Part shown: positions 1-9,270 of the stretch, in pieces
Numbering within the stretch: the stretch's first letter is position 1
How the letters are laid out: every line of letters starts with the position of its first letter
The notes under the pieces: model-generated
What the model was told of the DNA's origin: nothing
Databases searched by the model: none
Seen by the model: only the letters and a program-made list of their open reading frames with translations
From: a virus
Reading direction: 5' to 3' (one strand)
IMG/VR virus record: IMGVR_UViG_3300020442_000009
Span: 61,910-125,909 of that record
Length of the DNA stretch: 64,000 nt
Made by a program: the position numbers and the translations under genes

Positions 1-529
1 CGCCGTTCTCGCCAACTATAACATCTCCTCCGTTTCCTAAATTATACTGTTGCATTTCTGAATCTAATTTAATTTTTATTTCTTTTTCTGAAGCATTTCT
101 TTTATTCATACTTAAGCCTTCAAAGAAAACATTTTTGCCAAAACTTCCACCAAAAAATTCAAACTTTTCTGAGTAAAAGTAATTTCCTTTGAATGCCCAG
201 CCGTAATCTTTAATGTGTTCTGGCTTAGGATCTGCACAGTTTGTGACTGATTTTTGTTTTGTTTGATAAGGAATGCGCGATTTTACATCATCCCATTCAC
301 TTAATTCCGGTTTAAGTCTGTATGTTTTACTCGCAACTCCTTCTAGTTCGTCGGCTGAAAAGGAACCTGCTTCTAAATCTATGAACCTGTATCCTCTATC
401 ATATAGGTCTTGAATTTTATCCTGTTCAGCCTTACCACATTCTGCACCTTCTGCTGCAGGAATTTTTTTGGCTTTTTCATCTCCATATTTTTCTAGAGCT
501 TGAGCTAATGATGCATATTGTATGGCCAT
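1..529 (-). CDS. Hypothetical protein, runs off the window start (MAIQYASLAQALEKYGDEK...)
   Basis: Hand translation: open frame from ATG at 529 to the window edge; GTGTA motif 14 nt upstream. Absent from the ORF track because it is truncated. Confidence 0.8.
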   Translation of the reverse strand, partial: MAIQYASLAQALEKYGDEKAKKIPAAEGAECGKAEQDKIQDLYDRGYRFIDLEAGSFSADELEGVASKTYRLKPELSEWDDVKSRIPYQTKQKSVTNCADPKPEHIKDYGWAFKGNYFYSEKFEFFGGSFGKNVFFEGLSMNKRNASEKEIKIKLDSEMQQYNLGNGGDVIVGENG

Positions 530-543
530 ACATATATATACAC
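530..543 (-). promoter_or_regulatory. GTGTA upstream motif (candidate phage promoter)
   Basis: GTGTATATATATGT-ATG. Confidence 0.65.
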
Positions 544-563
544 CAAGACAATCATTTTTCTAT

Positions 564-1577
564 TTAAAAATCGTCTTCCAAAGAGCCACTTTGTTGATAT
601 TCTCTAACTCTTCTTTCGAAAAAATTACCCATGGCCTGAACATCAACAACCTCGCCCAGCCAAGGAAAAGGGTTTTTGTCACTAGGAAAGCGATAGTCTA
701 AACCAATAGATTCTAGTCTTCTGTTACCTATATAATGCATATAGTCAACAAACATTTCTGCATTTAAACCAAGAATCCCTGTAGGTAAGACATCATGAGC
801 ATATGCAATTTCAAGTTCAACTGCTTTTTTAATATGCTCAACAAATTCATCTTGTATTTTTTTAGTCCATATAGATGGATTTTGCTCAATTAAAGTATTA
901 ATTAGGTATGCCCCAAAAGCAATATGTGAACTCTCATCTCTTAAAGTATATTTTATTTGATCAGAAATGCCCTGAAGTTTATTTTGTCTGCCTAATGCAA
1001 GCAGCATTGCAAAGCCGCTAAAGAAAAAAGTTCCTTCACATACAATCCAATAAGTTAAAAAGTTTCTAAGTATCTCTTGCTTACCTTCTTTAGTATGTGG
1101 ATTGAAATCTTGACGACTAATGTCATTAGTGATACCCATTAAAAAATCATCTTTAGCTTTTATGCTTGGAATTGTCTCATAGGCTGTAAAAACCTCATCA
1201 ATATCTAGGTCAAGACTGTCACAAATATAAACTACCGTAAGATTGTGAAGGCTTTCTTCAAAAGCTTGACGCAAAATATACTGACGGCATTCAGCGTCCG
1301 TAATAAATCTGAAAGCCGAAAGCAAAAGGTTATTACCAACCAAAGACTCGCTTCCAGCAAAAAATCCAAGACAGCGTTTGACGAGTAATTTTTCATCTTC
1401 TGTGATTTCATTATTTTTCCATTGTTTAATATCATTCTGCATGCTAATTTCAGTAGGCATCCAGTTATTTGCACAGCTCTTTAGGAATAAATCCCATGCA
1501 TATTTATGTTTGTGAGGAAGTATTCTGTTTACTCCAGCAATATTTTTAGTTAAAAGTTCTCCTGTTTTTTCGCTCAT
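564..1577 (-). CDS. nrdB: Ribonucleotide reductase beta subunit, class Ic-like (no radical Tyr)
   Basis: Ferritin-like ligand motifs SESLVGNN, QAFEESLH, CEGTFFFSGF, RDESSH; C-terminal NFFERRVREYQ; resembles Chlamydia R2c. Confidence 0.95.
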   Translation of the reverse strand: MSEKTGELLTKNIAGVNRILPHKHKYAWDLFLKSCANNWMPTEISMQNDIKQWKNNEITEDEKLLVKRCLGFFAGSESLVGNNLLLSAFRFITDAECRQYILRQAFEESLHNLTVVYICDSLDLDIDEVFTAYETIPSIKAKDDFLMGITNDISRQDFNPHTKEGKQEILRNFLTYWIVCEGTFFFSGFAMLLALGRQNKLQGISDQIKYTLRDESSHIAFGAYLINTLIEQNPSIWTKKIQDEFVEHIKKAVELEIAYAHDVLPTGILGLNAEMFVDYMHYIGNRRLESIGLDYRFPSDKNPFPWLGEVVDVQAMGNFFERRVREYQQSGSLEDDF

Positions 1578-1617
1578 TATGTATGGTATATCGTATTATT
1601 ATGTTTTTAGGTTCATA

Positions 1618-1646
1618 ATAATAGCAAAAAAATATTAAAGTGTCAA
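1618..1646 (-). promoter_or_regulatory. sigma70-type promoter for nrdB
   Basis: TTGACA-17 nt-TATTAT on the minus strand, about 40 nt upstream of the nrdB ATG. Confidence 0.7.
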
Positions 1647-1900
1647 GTTTTAATTCCGTCAACCGTTAGGGGTCTAAATCCAGCATCGTGATCGTCTCCA
1701 ATGCTTATAATTTCTGCTCCCATTCCAAAATTACTTAACTTTCTATACAATTCTCTGCCTGTATGGTTCATGTAATACAGTTCGGACTCACCAGCAACTA
1801 GAGCTGTTTTAATTTGACCTTTTAAGGTGTTAAGTTTTGTTGCCATCTCATTTTGATTTTGAATGGCATGTATCTGGTTGTTTAATTCTTGAAGAGTCAT
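1643..1900 (-). CDS. Small hypothetical protein (MTLQELNNQ..., N-terminal coiled coil)
   Basis: The ORF-track start at 1915 is the GTG of the GTGTA motif; ATG at 1900 lies 15 nt downstream and is the likelier start. Confidence 0.7.
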   Translation of the reverse strand: MTLQELNNQIHAIQNQNEMATKLNTLKGQIKTALVAGESELYYMNHTGRELYRKLSNFGMGAEIISIGDDHDAGFRPLTVDGIKT

Positions 1901-1915
1901 ATATAATATGTACAC
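1901..1915 (-). promoter_or_regulatory. GTGTA upstream motif
   Basis: GTGTACATATTATAT-ATG. Confidence 0.6.
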
Positions 1916-1920
1916 TTTTT

Positions 1921-1949
1921 TTGGAAAAAAACAAGCAACCTTTTAATAT
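1921..1949 (+). promoter_or_regulatory. Putative sigma70-type promoter giving a leaderless transcript
   Basis: TTGGAA-17 nt-TAATAT, then 5 nt to ATG 1955. Confidence 0.45.
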
Positions 1950-1954
1950 TGAAT

Positions 1955-3013
1955 ATGATTAAATCTATTTTAAAAAACAGAGAAATTCAAGATAAAGAAG
2001 CATCGTTAAGCGATTTAGCGGATAAGCTTTTAAGTAATATAGATATGTCTTTGTTTGATAAAGATTTTGTAGAGCAAGAATGGGCTAAGTCAAAGATTAA
2101 AAAAATTGCAGCAAAAATAGATATTAAAAATAATATACCTTACTTTGATGCTCCTTATGGTCATCATCATGGTAGGTATCCAGATTTAAAATATAGCATG
2201 TTGCAAACTTGTAGAAAGTATCAACTGCCTGACTGTAGTTTTTTAGTTTTTTTAAATGATGCATATGCATCTACTTTTCCTGCATTTTCGACTATAAGAA
2301 GGTTAAAGGAAGACATTTTTAATATACCTATTCCCATGGGAAATATGAGAGGAATGGGTGACGGAAATAATACACCATTAATGGGTTGGGATGAGCTTGT
2401 TCAGGGTGAATTGTTGAATACTCATAATCAATATCCTTGGGATAAGAAAATAGATATAGCTGTATTTAGGGGTCAATACATGCATCAAACTTGGAAGCTT
2501 GGGAAATACACAGAAGAGAAAGCTGAAAGTTGGACAGAAGTTAATCGTGGAGTATTGTTTAATGTAGGTTCTAGCAATAAAGATTTATTTGATATTGGTT
2601 TCAATGTTGTTGGAGCTAATCCTTTTGAGGAGGATATTCCGTCTACTGACCTTATACCTTTTGCTGAACAACAAAAATATAAATACATGATATGCATGGG
2701 GACAAATGCAAACTGGGCAGAAAGATTGAGGAATCATTTGTTTACTAATTCTGTATTAATTAAACACGAAGCAGAATGTATGGAATGGTTTTATTATTTA
2801 CTTGAGCCTTATAAACATTATATACCGTACAATTTAATGGTTACAGATCTGGCTGAAAATATTAAATGGGCAAAAGCGAATGATGAAAAATGTAAAGACA
2901 TTGTAAAAAATGCGAACCAATTTGCTCAAGAATATTTAAAAGAAGAAACTATGTTCTTATTTACTAAAATATTAATTACAAAATATAGTGAATCAGTACA
3001 AACAAGTAATTGA
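1955..3013 (+). CDS. Glycosyltransferase family 90 / CAP10-domain protein
   Basis: YPWDKKIDIAVFRG, QQKYKYMI, WAERLRNHL, EWFYYLLEPYKHYIP, ENIKWAKAND..CKDIVKNANQFA match the CAP10/GT90 pattern. Confidence 0.85.
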   Translation: MIKSILKNREIQDKEASLSDLADKLLSNIDMSLFDKDFVEQEWAKSKIKKIAAKIDIKNNIPYFDAPYGHHHGRYPDLKYSMLQTCRKYQLPDCSFLVFLNDAYASTFPAFSTIRRLKEDIFNIPIPMGNMRGMGDGNNTPLMGWDELVQGELLNTHNQYPWDKKIDIAVFRGQYMHQTWKLGKYTEEKAESWTEVNRGVLFNVGSSNKDLFDIGFNVVGANPFEEDIPSTDLIPFAEQQKYKYMICMGTNANWAERLRNHLFTNSVLIKHEAECMEWFYYLLEPYKHYIPYNLMVTDLAENIKWAKANDEKCKDIVKNANQFAQEYLKEETMFLFTKILITKYSESVQTSN

Positions 3014-4028
3014 AAATTTTTTTAAAGATTTTCAGCCTAATAGTATCTCAAGAAATGATTTAGATCAATATTATAATCACCCTAGGGAATGGAAATATTT
3101 ATCTAGAATAAAAATTATTAATAACAAACCCATCTTTCATGCAAATGAAGGTGAGAAAAGAGGTAGGTATGGTCCTGTTGTTGATTTAATTAAAAAAGTT
3201 ACTGAATTATATAATTTTAAAGATACTGAGTTCTTGGTAAACACTGGAGATGGGGTACATTCTGATGTACCTTGTTTTGGTGTTATAAGAACCAATCCAG
3301 AAAAGCCTAAAGGAATAATTCCATTTCCCGTAGGAAATTCTAACGGAATGAAATATGGTTTTGGTACACCGATAGTTAACTGGGATAAATATGTTGATGA
3401 GCATATTGTGCAACTTGGGAAAAAATATGATTTTAAATCTAAAATAAATAAAGTAGCATGGCGAGGGTCTTTTAAAATGATTACTTGGGCAGCTGGACAA
3501 TATTCAAAAAAAAGAATAGAGTCTTGGAGGGATTGCACTCGATCAAAACTTTATTTTATAACTAAAGATCGAGAGGACATTTTTGATGTTGGAATTACTG
3601 GAATATCAGATAAATACCATAGTCCTAATTCACCAGTGCCAGATGAAGCTTACGATTTAATTAAACTAAAAAATAGAATACCTTTTCCAGAAATGCAAAA
3701 ATATGTTGGTATAATGGATGTGGGTAATGTATGCGAGTGGTCAGAAAGAATAAGAAAGCAGCTATATATGAACTCTGTAATGATTATGCAAGAACAGTCT
3801 GCCCAAGAGTTTTTTACACCATTACTAAAACCTTTCATTCACTATGTCCCAACTAAGGGAGATTGGAGTGATCTTGTTCAAATAGGTGAATGGGTTGTTA
3901 ATAGCCCAGAAGAAGTAAAAAAAATTATAGAAAATGCAAATCAATTTGCTTACCAGTACTTATGCGAAAAGTCGATGTACGAATATACTAAAATGGCAAT
4001 CGAAAAATATACCACTTTGCTAAAGTAA
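2988..4028 (+). CDS. Glycosyltransferase family 90 / CAP10-domain protein (tandem paralog)
   Basis: EFLVNTGD, KINKVAWRG, WSERIRKQL, EFFTPLLKPFIHYVP, IIENANQFA. Confidence 0.85.
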   Translation: MNQYKQVIENFFKDFQPNSISRNDLDQYYNHPREWKYLSRIKIINNKPIFHANEGEKRGRYGPVVDLIKKVTELYNFKDTEFLVNTGDGVHSDVPCFGVIRTNPEKPKGIIPFPVGNSNGMKYGFGTPIVNWDKYVDEHIVQLGKKYDFKSKINKVAWRGSFKMITWAAGQYSKKRIESWRDCTRSKLYFITKDREDIFDVGITGISDKYHSPNSPVPDEAYDLIKLKNRIPFPEMQKYVGIMDVGNVCEWSERIRKQLYMNSVMIMQEQSAQEFFTPLLKPFIHYVPTKGDWSDLVQIGEWVVNSPEEVKKIIENANQFAYQYLCEKSMYEYTKMAIEKYTTLLK

Positions 4029-4976
4029 ATGGAAAAATATGTAATATTAAAAGATATTTTTTATGATGGTGGTAGATTGTTTTGTCCCAACATTAAAAAA
4101 TCAATATCTGTTCCAGTAGCATTTTCAACTACAATCGACATACACCCTCTTTCATATAAGATCGATCCAGTTAAGGTTTATGAGTCTTGTTTTTTACATA
4201 AAAGGCATGTAGTTGGCGGTTATGTTCATATTCTTATGGATGAATGTTGGGGTATGTTTTATGGAATTAAAAAACACAATTTTAATCCAGAATTTATACT
4301 AAGTTTGAACAATGATAATAGGTCATTTAATGGAGAATGGAATCTGTGGTTAAATAAGTTTTTAAAATACGATGTAAAAGAGGAGCCGGCTATTAAATCT
4401 CCAATATTAATTAAAAATGTTTTAACGGGGTGGGCGACTAATAGTATTATATTTAAAGATAATGATTTTAACTATGAATCTTTTCCAAATTCAATTAAAG
4501 ATATTCATAATATAAAGCCCAATGCAAACCCTTCTGAAGTTGTGTTTGATGTAAGATCAAAAACCAGAACTATATTAAATATAGAACAATTAAAAAAAGA
4601 ATTAAGTTTTTTAAATGTAAATTTTGTTAAATTTGATCAAATGTCAATAAAACGCCAAATTCAAACAATGAATAATGCTAAGCTATTTATATCACAGCAT
4701 GGTGCTGGATTGGCTAATTCTATATTTATGAACCAAGGTTGTAAAGTGATGGAATTAATTCAAGAGGATTATCAGAAGTATGATGCATATCAAATGATTT
4801 GCAAAAGGTTTAATCTTAATTATGTTAAACATGTTGAGCCTCAAAAAAATTCAATTAAAAAAATAACCAAACACGAAAAGAGAGATCAGGACTTGATTAT
4901 TAATACCAGACAAATAATAAATGAAATTTTGCGATCCGAAATTTCTAAACAAGATTTGGCTGATAGGTGGGGATAA
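4029..4976 (+). CDS. Glycosyltransferase family 61 (DUF563)
   Basis: RTILN, QMSIKRQIQ, ISQHGAGLANSIFM, KVMEL. Confidence 0.85.
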   Translation: MEKYVILKDIFYDGGRLFCPNIKKSISVPVAFSTTIDIHPLSYKIDPVKVYESCFLHKRHVVGGYVHILMDECWGMFYGIKKHNFNPEFILSLNNDNRSFNGEWNLWLNKFLKYDVKEEPAIKSPILIKNVLTGWATNSIIFKDNDFNYESFPNSIKDIHNIKPNANPSEVVFDVRSKTRTILNIEQLKKELSFLNVNFVKFDQMSIKRQIQTMNNAKLFISQHGAGLANSIFMNQGCKVMELIQEDYQKYDAYQMICKRFNLNYVKHVEPQKNSIKKITKHEKRDQDLIINTRQIINEILRSEISKQDLADRWG

Positions 4977-5006
4977 ATGAAATTATTAATATAAACAAAA
5001 TAAAAA

Positions 5007-5594
5007 ATGAAATTATTCGATAAAAATTCAAAATTCTTTAAAGAAAAAGGGCAAATAAGAAAACTTTCTTATGTAGCAGAGTATTGCTGTCAAAACTTTG
5101 AAGGCGACTTGATTGAAATAGGTTGCTTGAGGGGAGTTATGACATGCAAGTATGCTGAAGTGGCAAAAAAATATGGAAGAAAAGTTTGGGCGGTAGACCC
5201 TTGGTATGAAGACAACCCAAAATATTGTGCTAATTTGCAAGGATTTTATGATGAATTTATAAAAAATACAGAGGATTATAAAAATCATATAGAAATCATT
5301 AGAGCCAGCTCCTTGGATGTGGATGTAATTAAAAAAATTAAAGGTATCAATCTATGTTTCGCTTCCGTTGATGGTTTGCATACTAAGGAAGCATGCTATT
5401 CAGATATAATGTCGGTATCTCATTGTTCTGGAGTCATTGCTGTAGATGATGTAATAAACTATAAAGGAGAAATTAATTGGGAACAAAAAATGAGAGATGC
5501 TATAAGTGAAGCAATGATTAACCTTAAAGATTATTCAGTAATTTGGCCTACTGCAGAAAATAAAATAGAAAAAAATGCATACCTATATAGATGA
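5007..5594 (+). CDS. Class I SAM-dependent methyltransferase (Methyltransf_24-like)
   Basis: LIEIGCLRG, WAVDPW, VDGLH, IAVDD. Confidence 0.8.
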   Translation: MKLFDKNSKFFKEKGQIRKLSYVAEYCCQNFEGDLIEIGCLRGVMTCKYAEVAKKYGRKVWAVDPWYEDNPKYCANLQGFYDEFIKNTEDYKNHIEIIRASSLDVDVIKKIKGINLCFASVDGLHTKEACYSDIMSVSHCSGVIAVDDVINYKGEINWEQKMRDAISEAMINLKDYSVIWPTAENKIEKNAYLYR

Positions 5595-6385
5595 AATTAT
5601 TAATTAATTTTTTACCAACAGGACTTGGAGATAGGTTACAATATAACATAAAGAAAATACCTTATCTAAAATCAAAATTTAAACAGCTAGATATTTATGC
5701 AAGCTGGAAAATAAATAATCAATGTTTGGCAAATTTTGAGGACTTATTTAAAAATGTGTATAATATAAATTTTGTTGACGAGCTTTTTAGTGAAGAAGAT
5801 TTACTTAAAAATGAAGAAGAAATTTGTAGTAAATTAAATATAAAACCAATAGATTTGACACACAAAGCGTTACCAAAAGAAAATACCCACAAAGTATTAC
5901 AAATAAAAGATGAAATTTTAAATGAAATTTTAAGTTTGCAAAAAAAATATCAAATTGACAAATCAGTTATTGGTATTCATTTAAGGGTTCCTGAGAATTT
6001 TGATTTTAAAAATCCAGAAAAAATATTGGATAAAGATCCCAGTTATGCTAATTGGAAAGCTAAGCATTTGATGGATAACTTAAGTGTTTTAGAAAAAAAC
6101 TATGATTTTCTAAAAAATAAAAGAGTGCTTGTTTTTTCAGATAGCAAAGAATTAATAGAAGAAATGCTTTTAAAATATGATAATTTTTTTACAATTGATG
6201 AATGTGAAAAGCTTCCCATAGATAATAAAAAGGGAATCAGTCACGTTCGTAGAAGTAAGGAATCTGTAATTGCAGGTTTGAAAGCGGCTGGGCTACTGTC
6301 TTTGTGTAATTATAACAATAAAATCAAACTAAGGTTAACCAGCAATTTTTCAAAAATCCCAACGTGGATTAAAATTGGTAATTAA
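5591..6385 (+). CDS. Putative GT-B fucosyltransferase-like protein (NodZ/GT23/GT11-like)
   Basis: GLGDRL, VIGIHLR, VFSDS, LLSLC motif order typical of GDP-fucose-type transferases. Confidence 0.55.
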   Translation: MKLLINFLPTGLGDRLQYNIKKIPYLKSKFKQLDIYASWKINNQCLANFEDLFKNVYNINFVDELFSEEDLLKNEEEICSKLNIKPIDLTHKALPKENTHKVLQIKDEILNEILSLQKKYQIDKSVIGIHLRVPENFDFKNPEKILDKDPSYANWKAKHLMDNLSVLEKNYDFLKNKRVLVFSDSKELIEEMLLKYDNFFTIDECEKLPIDNKKGISHVRRSKESVIAGLKAAGLLSLCNYNNKIKLRLTSNFSKIPTWIKIGN

Positions 6386-7007
6386 AATTTATAATATCTC
6401 GATTATATTTTTCCAGAGTTATTGCTTTGGTTGATTCGTTATAATATTCTCTATAATTAATAGACCGATTGGATTTATTTCTGTGAGGTAGATTGAGTTT
6501 TTCGAGGCCAATTGCTTTACAAACATGGTTGAAACCTGATTGTAAATTTTCATATTTAATAATAAAATCTAAATTGCTGGCTCCATCTTTAACTTCAGTA
6601 AAGCAAGTTTGATCTGCAAGGTGACCATTCTTGATTTCTCGTTTAGGATACCAAGTTTGTGATGTTTCTCTCCAAGTTAATTGGTGATCATTTGGTTGGT
6701 CTCTAACCATATTTACAAAATTTTCAAAAGAAACTTCTTTATTTCCCCAAGGTGTAGATATTTGACCTTTGCCCGTTCCGCTTTGCCAGCTGTATTCAGA
6801 GACCAATCTATCCCAAGGATTTCTAACTACAGTAAATTTGTAATAATTGTTCCAAGTTTCTAAACCAAAACGGTCAATTAGTTGCGAAGATGTGTGATGC
6901 CACAACCCTTCATCCACTAAACCTCTTCCAGAAAAAAGAGTGTCAATACTATTACCTGCAGTTTTAGGTATGTGAATGAAAATAAATTTATGCTTATGGT
7001 TTATCAT
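6369..7007 (-). CDS. Carbohydrate sulfotransferase (Sulfotransfer_2 family)
   Basis: FIFIHIPKTAGNSI (5' PAPS site), VRNPWDRLVS (3' PAPS site), IIKYENL, LPHRNKS; likelier start MINHK at 7007. Confidence 0.9.
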   Translation of the reverse strand: MINHKHKFIFIHIPKTAGNSIDTLFSGRGLVDEGLWHHTSSQLIDRFGLETWNNYYKFTVVRNPWDRLVSEYSWQSGTGKGQISTPWGNKEVSFENFVNMVRDQPNDHQLTWRETSQTWYPKREIKNGHLADQTCFTEVKDGASNLDFIIKYENLQSGFNHVCKAIGLEKLNLPHRNKSNRSINYREYYNESTKAITLEKYNRDIINFNYQF

Positions 7008-8025
7008 TGAAAGCTGCATTTAAAATTGGCCAAACTCGATCATCAATCATGTGGCAATTTTTTGGGTGGTGACAATGCATATCTATGTAATAACCATTTT
7101 TTAATAAATTTAAATCTAAATTTTTATTAGATAGATTTCTAATGCCAGATTCAAGTTCACTCTCAGTTAGATTTAAGGTTAGAAGTTCTTTATGCTGCCT
7201 GCTATCTTCATTCCTTAATTGTTCTTCATAGGGAAATGAATGAGGGAGAATTGTTTTATCGTCAAATCCATATTTTTTTAAAAAATCTTCTTTAAGCTCT
7301 TCATGTAATCGTGCTTTTGGTTGCAATTTTCTGTATTGAGGTGCAATAAATCCAGTAAACTTATCAAAATGATTAAACCAATGATGACTTTCCATACTAG
7401 AGGCATTAAGGGATGGAATATTTTTTTTAATTAAATCAGTAGTATAGTATTCTTCATATGTCCAAACAGAGCCTCCATGTGCGGGTTGAGTATTAAGTGA
7501 TTCCCAGTCTGTTTTTGTTAATTCTTGAGCTCCCGCTAATTGAGCAAAAGAATGTTCTACTAAACTTCTTTGTAATTCTAAAATGGCAGAAAATGTTTTG
7601 CCTTTGGCTACATGATAATGTCCAGTAAGTCTGCGAGGAAGCCTGTTAGAGCATAGGTGTACATAGTAATCGTCTGGAATTTCTGATATATTTTTAATGA
7701 AATGATTTTTTTGCAAGGGCAATAAGTCTATATCTCCAACAAGCCATGTTGTTTCTGGTTCATTTTGAGTATAGTACCATTTATTAAAAATTAATTGACG
7801 CATATTGAAAGATCTTAAATCACCGAAAATAGAACTTGTTGGAGGTTCTTCGTATTTACATTCGATAATTTGACCATATTCTTCACTTAAATTATGCTTT
7901 TTTTTAGAACCGTACAACAATAAAACTGGATCAATATTTAAAAAGGTTTTCCATACCTTGGATTGCACATTCCACCAGCAGGAATATTCTTCGGAACTAC
8001 TAAAAATAACTTTATCAATTTTCAT
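6994..8025 (-). CDS. Putative GT-A glycosyltransferase-like protein
   Basis: GDIDLLPL DxD motif, YIDMH near the C-terminus; lies within the glycan island. Confidence 0.45.
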   Translation of the reverse strand: MKIDKVIFSSSEEYSCWWNVQSKVWKTFLNIDPVLLLYGSKKKHNLSEEYGQIIECKYEEPPTSSIFGDLRSFNMRQLIFNKWYYTQNEPETTWLVGDIDLLPLQKNHFIKNISEIPDDYYVHLCSNRLPRRLTGHYHVAKGKTFSAILELQRSLVEHSFAQLAGAQELTKTDWESLNTQPAHGGSVWTYEEYYTTDLIKKNIPSLNASSMESHHWFNHFDKFTGFIAPQYRKLQPKARLHEELKEDFLKKYGFDDKTILPHSFPYEEQLRNEDSRQHKELLTLNLTESELESGIRNLSNKNLDLNLLKNGYYIDMHCHHPKNCHMIDDRVWPILNAAFNDKP

Positions 8026-8464
8026 TAATTAATGATACGAAATCTGAGCAAACTGCATGAACTTTAGGGAGGTGTTTCAAAAGAAGCAAGTCATTTTTGC
8101 TTAAAAGGGGAATGACTGAGTTGTTATCACAGATATTTAAATCGTGGCACCATATATTTTTTTCATTTCTAATTGCTGTGCAAATTTCAGAACTATGATA
8201 GAAAGTTTTTAGAGGTGTGTTTGTCAGGAAAGACAATGATTGATAATCTTTACAGTGAATCCATAAATTTTCAGCTCTGTCCAGTAACCATGACTTTTCT
8301 ACTTTATATTGAGCTACATCATGACCTAAAAAAAGACTTCCATTAATTAATCTAACATCAATCTCTGCATCATAATTAATAAGAGCTTGATCTATATAAT
8401 CAGCGGTATTTTCTAACTCTTTGTTAGGTCCAGAAATGTTTCCTCTGTGAGCAATCAATCTCAT
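8015..8464 (-). CDS. Glycerophosphodiester phosphodiesterase-like (short PLC-like) protein
   Basis: IAHRGN, EN, EIDV, LGHD, WIHCK, VCSD; ATG 8464 overlaps the upstream stop (ATGA). Confidence 0.75.
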   Translation of the reverse strand: MRLIAHRGNISGPNKELENTADYIDQALINYDAEIDVRLINGSLFLGHDVAQYKVEKSWLLDRAENLWIHCKDYQSLSFLTNTPLKTFYHSSEICTAIRNEKNIWCHDLNICDNNSVIPLLSKNDLLLLKHLPKVHAVCSDFVSLINEN

Positions 8465-9270
8465 TTGAACCAATTTTGCCAAAAAATATAATCTTCAACA
8501 TCTTCAGGTATACCAAAAGATACATAAGGACATTCATATAGTTTGACTTTTAAGCCGTCTGCGATCATCTCTTGGTAAAGTTGTGTAACGTAATATTCTC
8601 CGTTTACAGTTTTATTTTGACTCATTAAGGAATTTGAATAATCTTTGAATATTTTTCCAGTTTTAAAATAGTAAGATCCATTTGAACCTCCACAGTTAGA
8701 GAGATCTGGTTTAGAAAAATACGATTTGCTTAAACCTAGTAAATCAAAATTTTGATTTAAGTCTAAAAATATGTTTTCAAAATTATATTTTTCTATAACT
8801 TCTTGACAGTTAAATTCTCCGTCATGCCTTACGAAGCAATAATATTTATTATTTCTCCAATGAGGATTGTGGAGATTATGAGATGTTAGTCCACCGTCTA
8901 CATCGCTAAATGTACTCAGCATATTGGTTATATTGAGTTTCTGGGGAGCATCAATATAGGTAATTAACAAATCTTCATCATCTAGCAAATTGTCGTGTAT
9001 ATTAGTGAGACTATAAAGCGGTCCTAATTGGTTTGATTCTATGCCGATTGCTTTGCCGTTTGAGTGTTTTTTGATTTCTTTTTCTAAATCAGTGCTTTCT
9101 AGGTCTTCGTTGCGGCATAAAAATATTGTTTCATAATCATGAAAGTCGGGAATTAAATCAATAAAAACCTCTATTGAGGTTTTTCCATTTATGTTTAACA
9201 GTGATTTGTGCGGATATCCTTTTGCAGTAAATCGTTTACTGTTTCCTGATAGGGTTATTACATGTTTCAT
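8461..9270 (-). CDS. Sugar-phosphate nucleotidyltransferase (NTP_transferase family)
   Basis: SGNSKRFT..GY..KSLL, IEK, GSYYF, NGEYYV, FGIPED. Confidence 0.8.
   Translation of the reverse strand: MKHVITLSGNSKRFTAKGYPHKSLLNINGKTSIEVFIDLIPDFHDYETIFLCRNEDLESTDLEKEIKKHSNGKAIGIESNQLGPLYSLTNIHDNLLDDEDLLITYIDAPQKLNITNMLSTFSDVDGGLTSHNLHNPHWRNNKYYCFVRHDGEFNCQEVIEKYNFENIFLDLNQNFDLLGLSKSYFSKPDLSNCGGSNGSYYFKTGKIFKDYSNSLMSQNKTVNGEYYVTQLYQEMIADGLKVKLYECPYVSFGIPEDVEDYIFWQNWFK

Noticed and set aside
1599-1616. Mini-ORF MNLKT* upstream of nrdB as a leader peptide
   Set aside because: Its ATG lies 1 nt after the -10 box, upstream of the expected transcription start.
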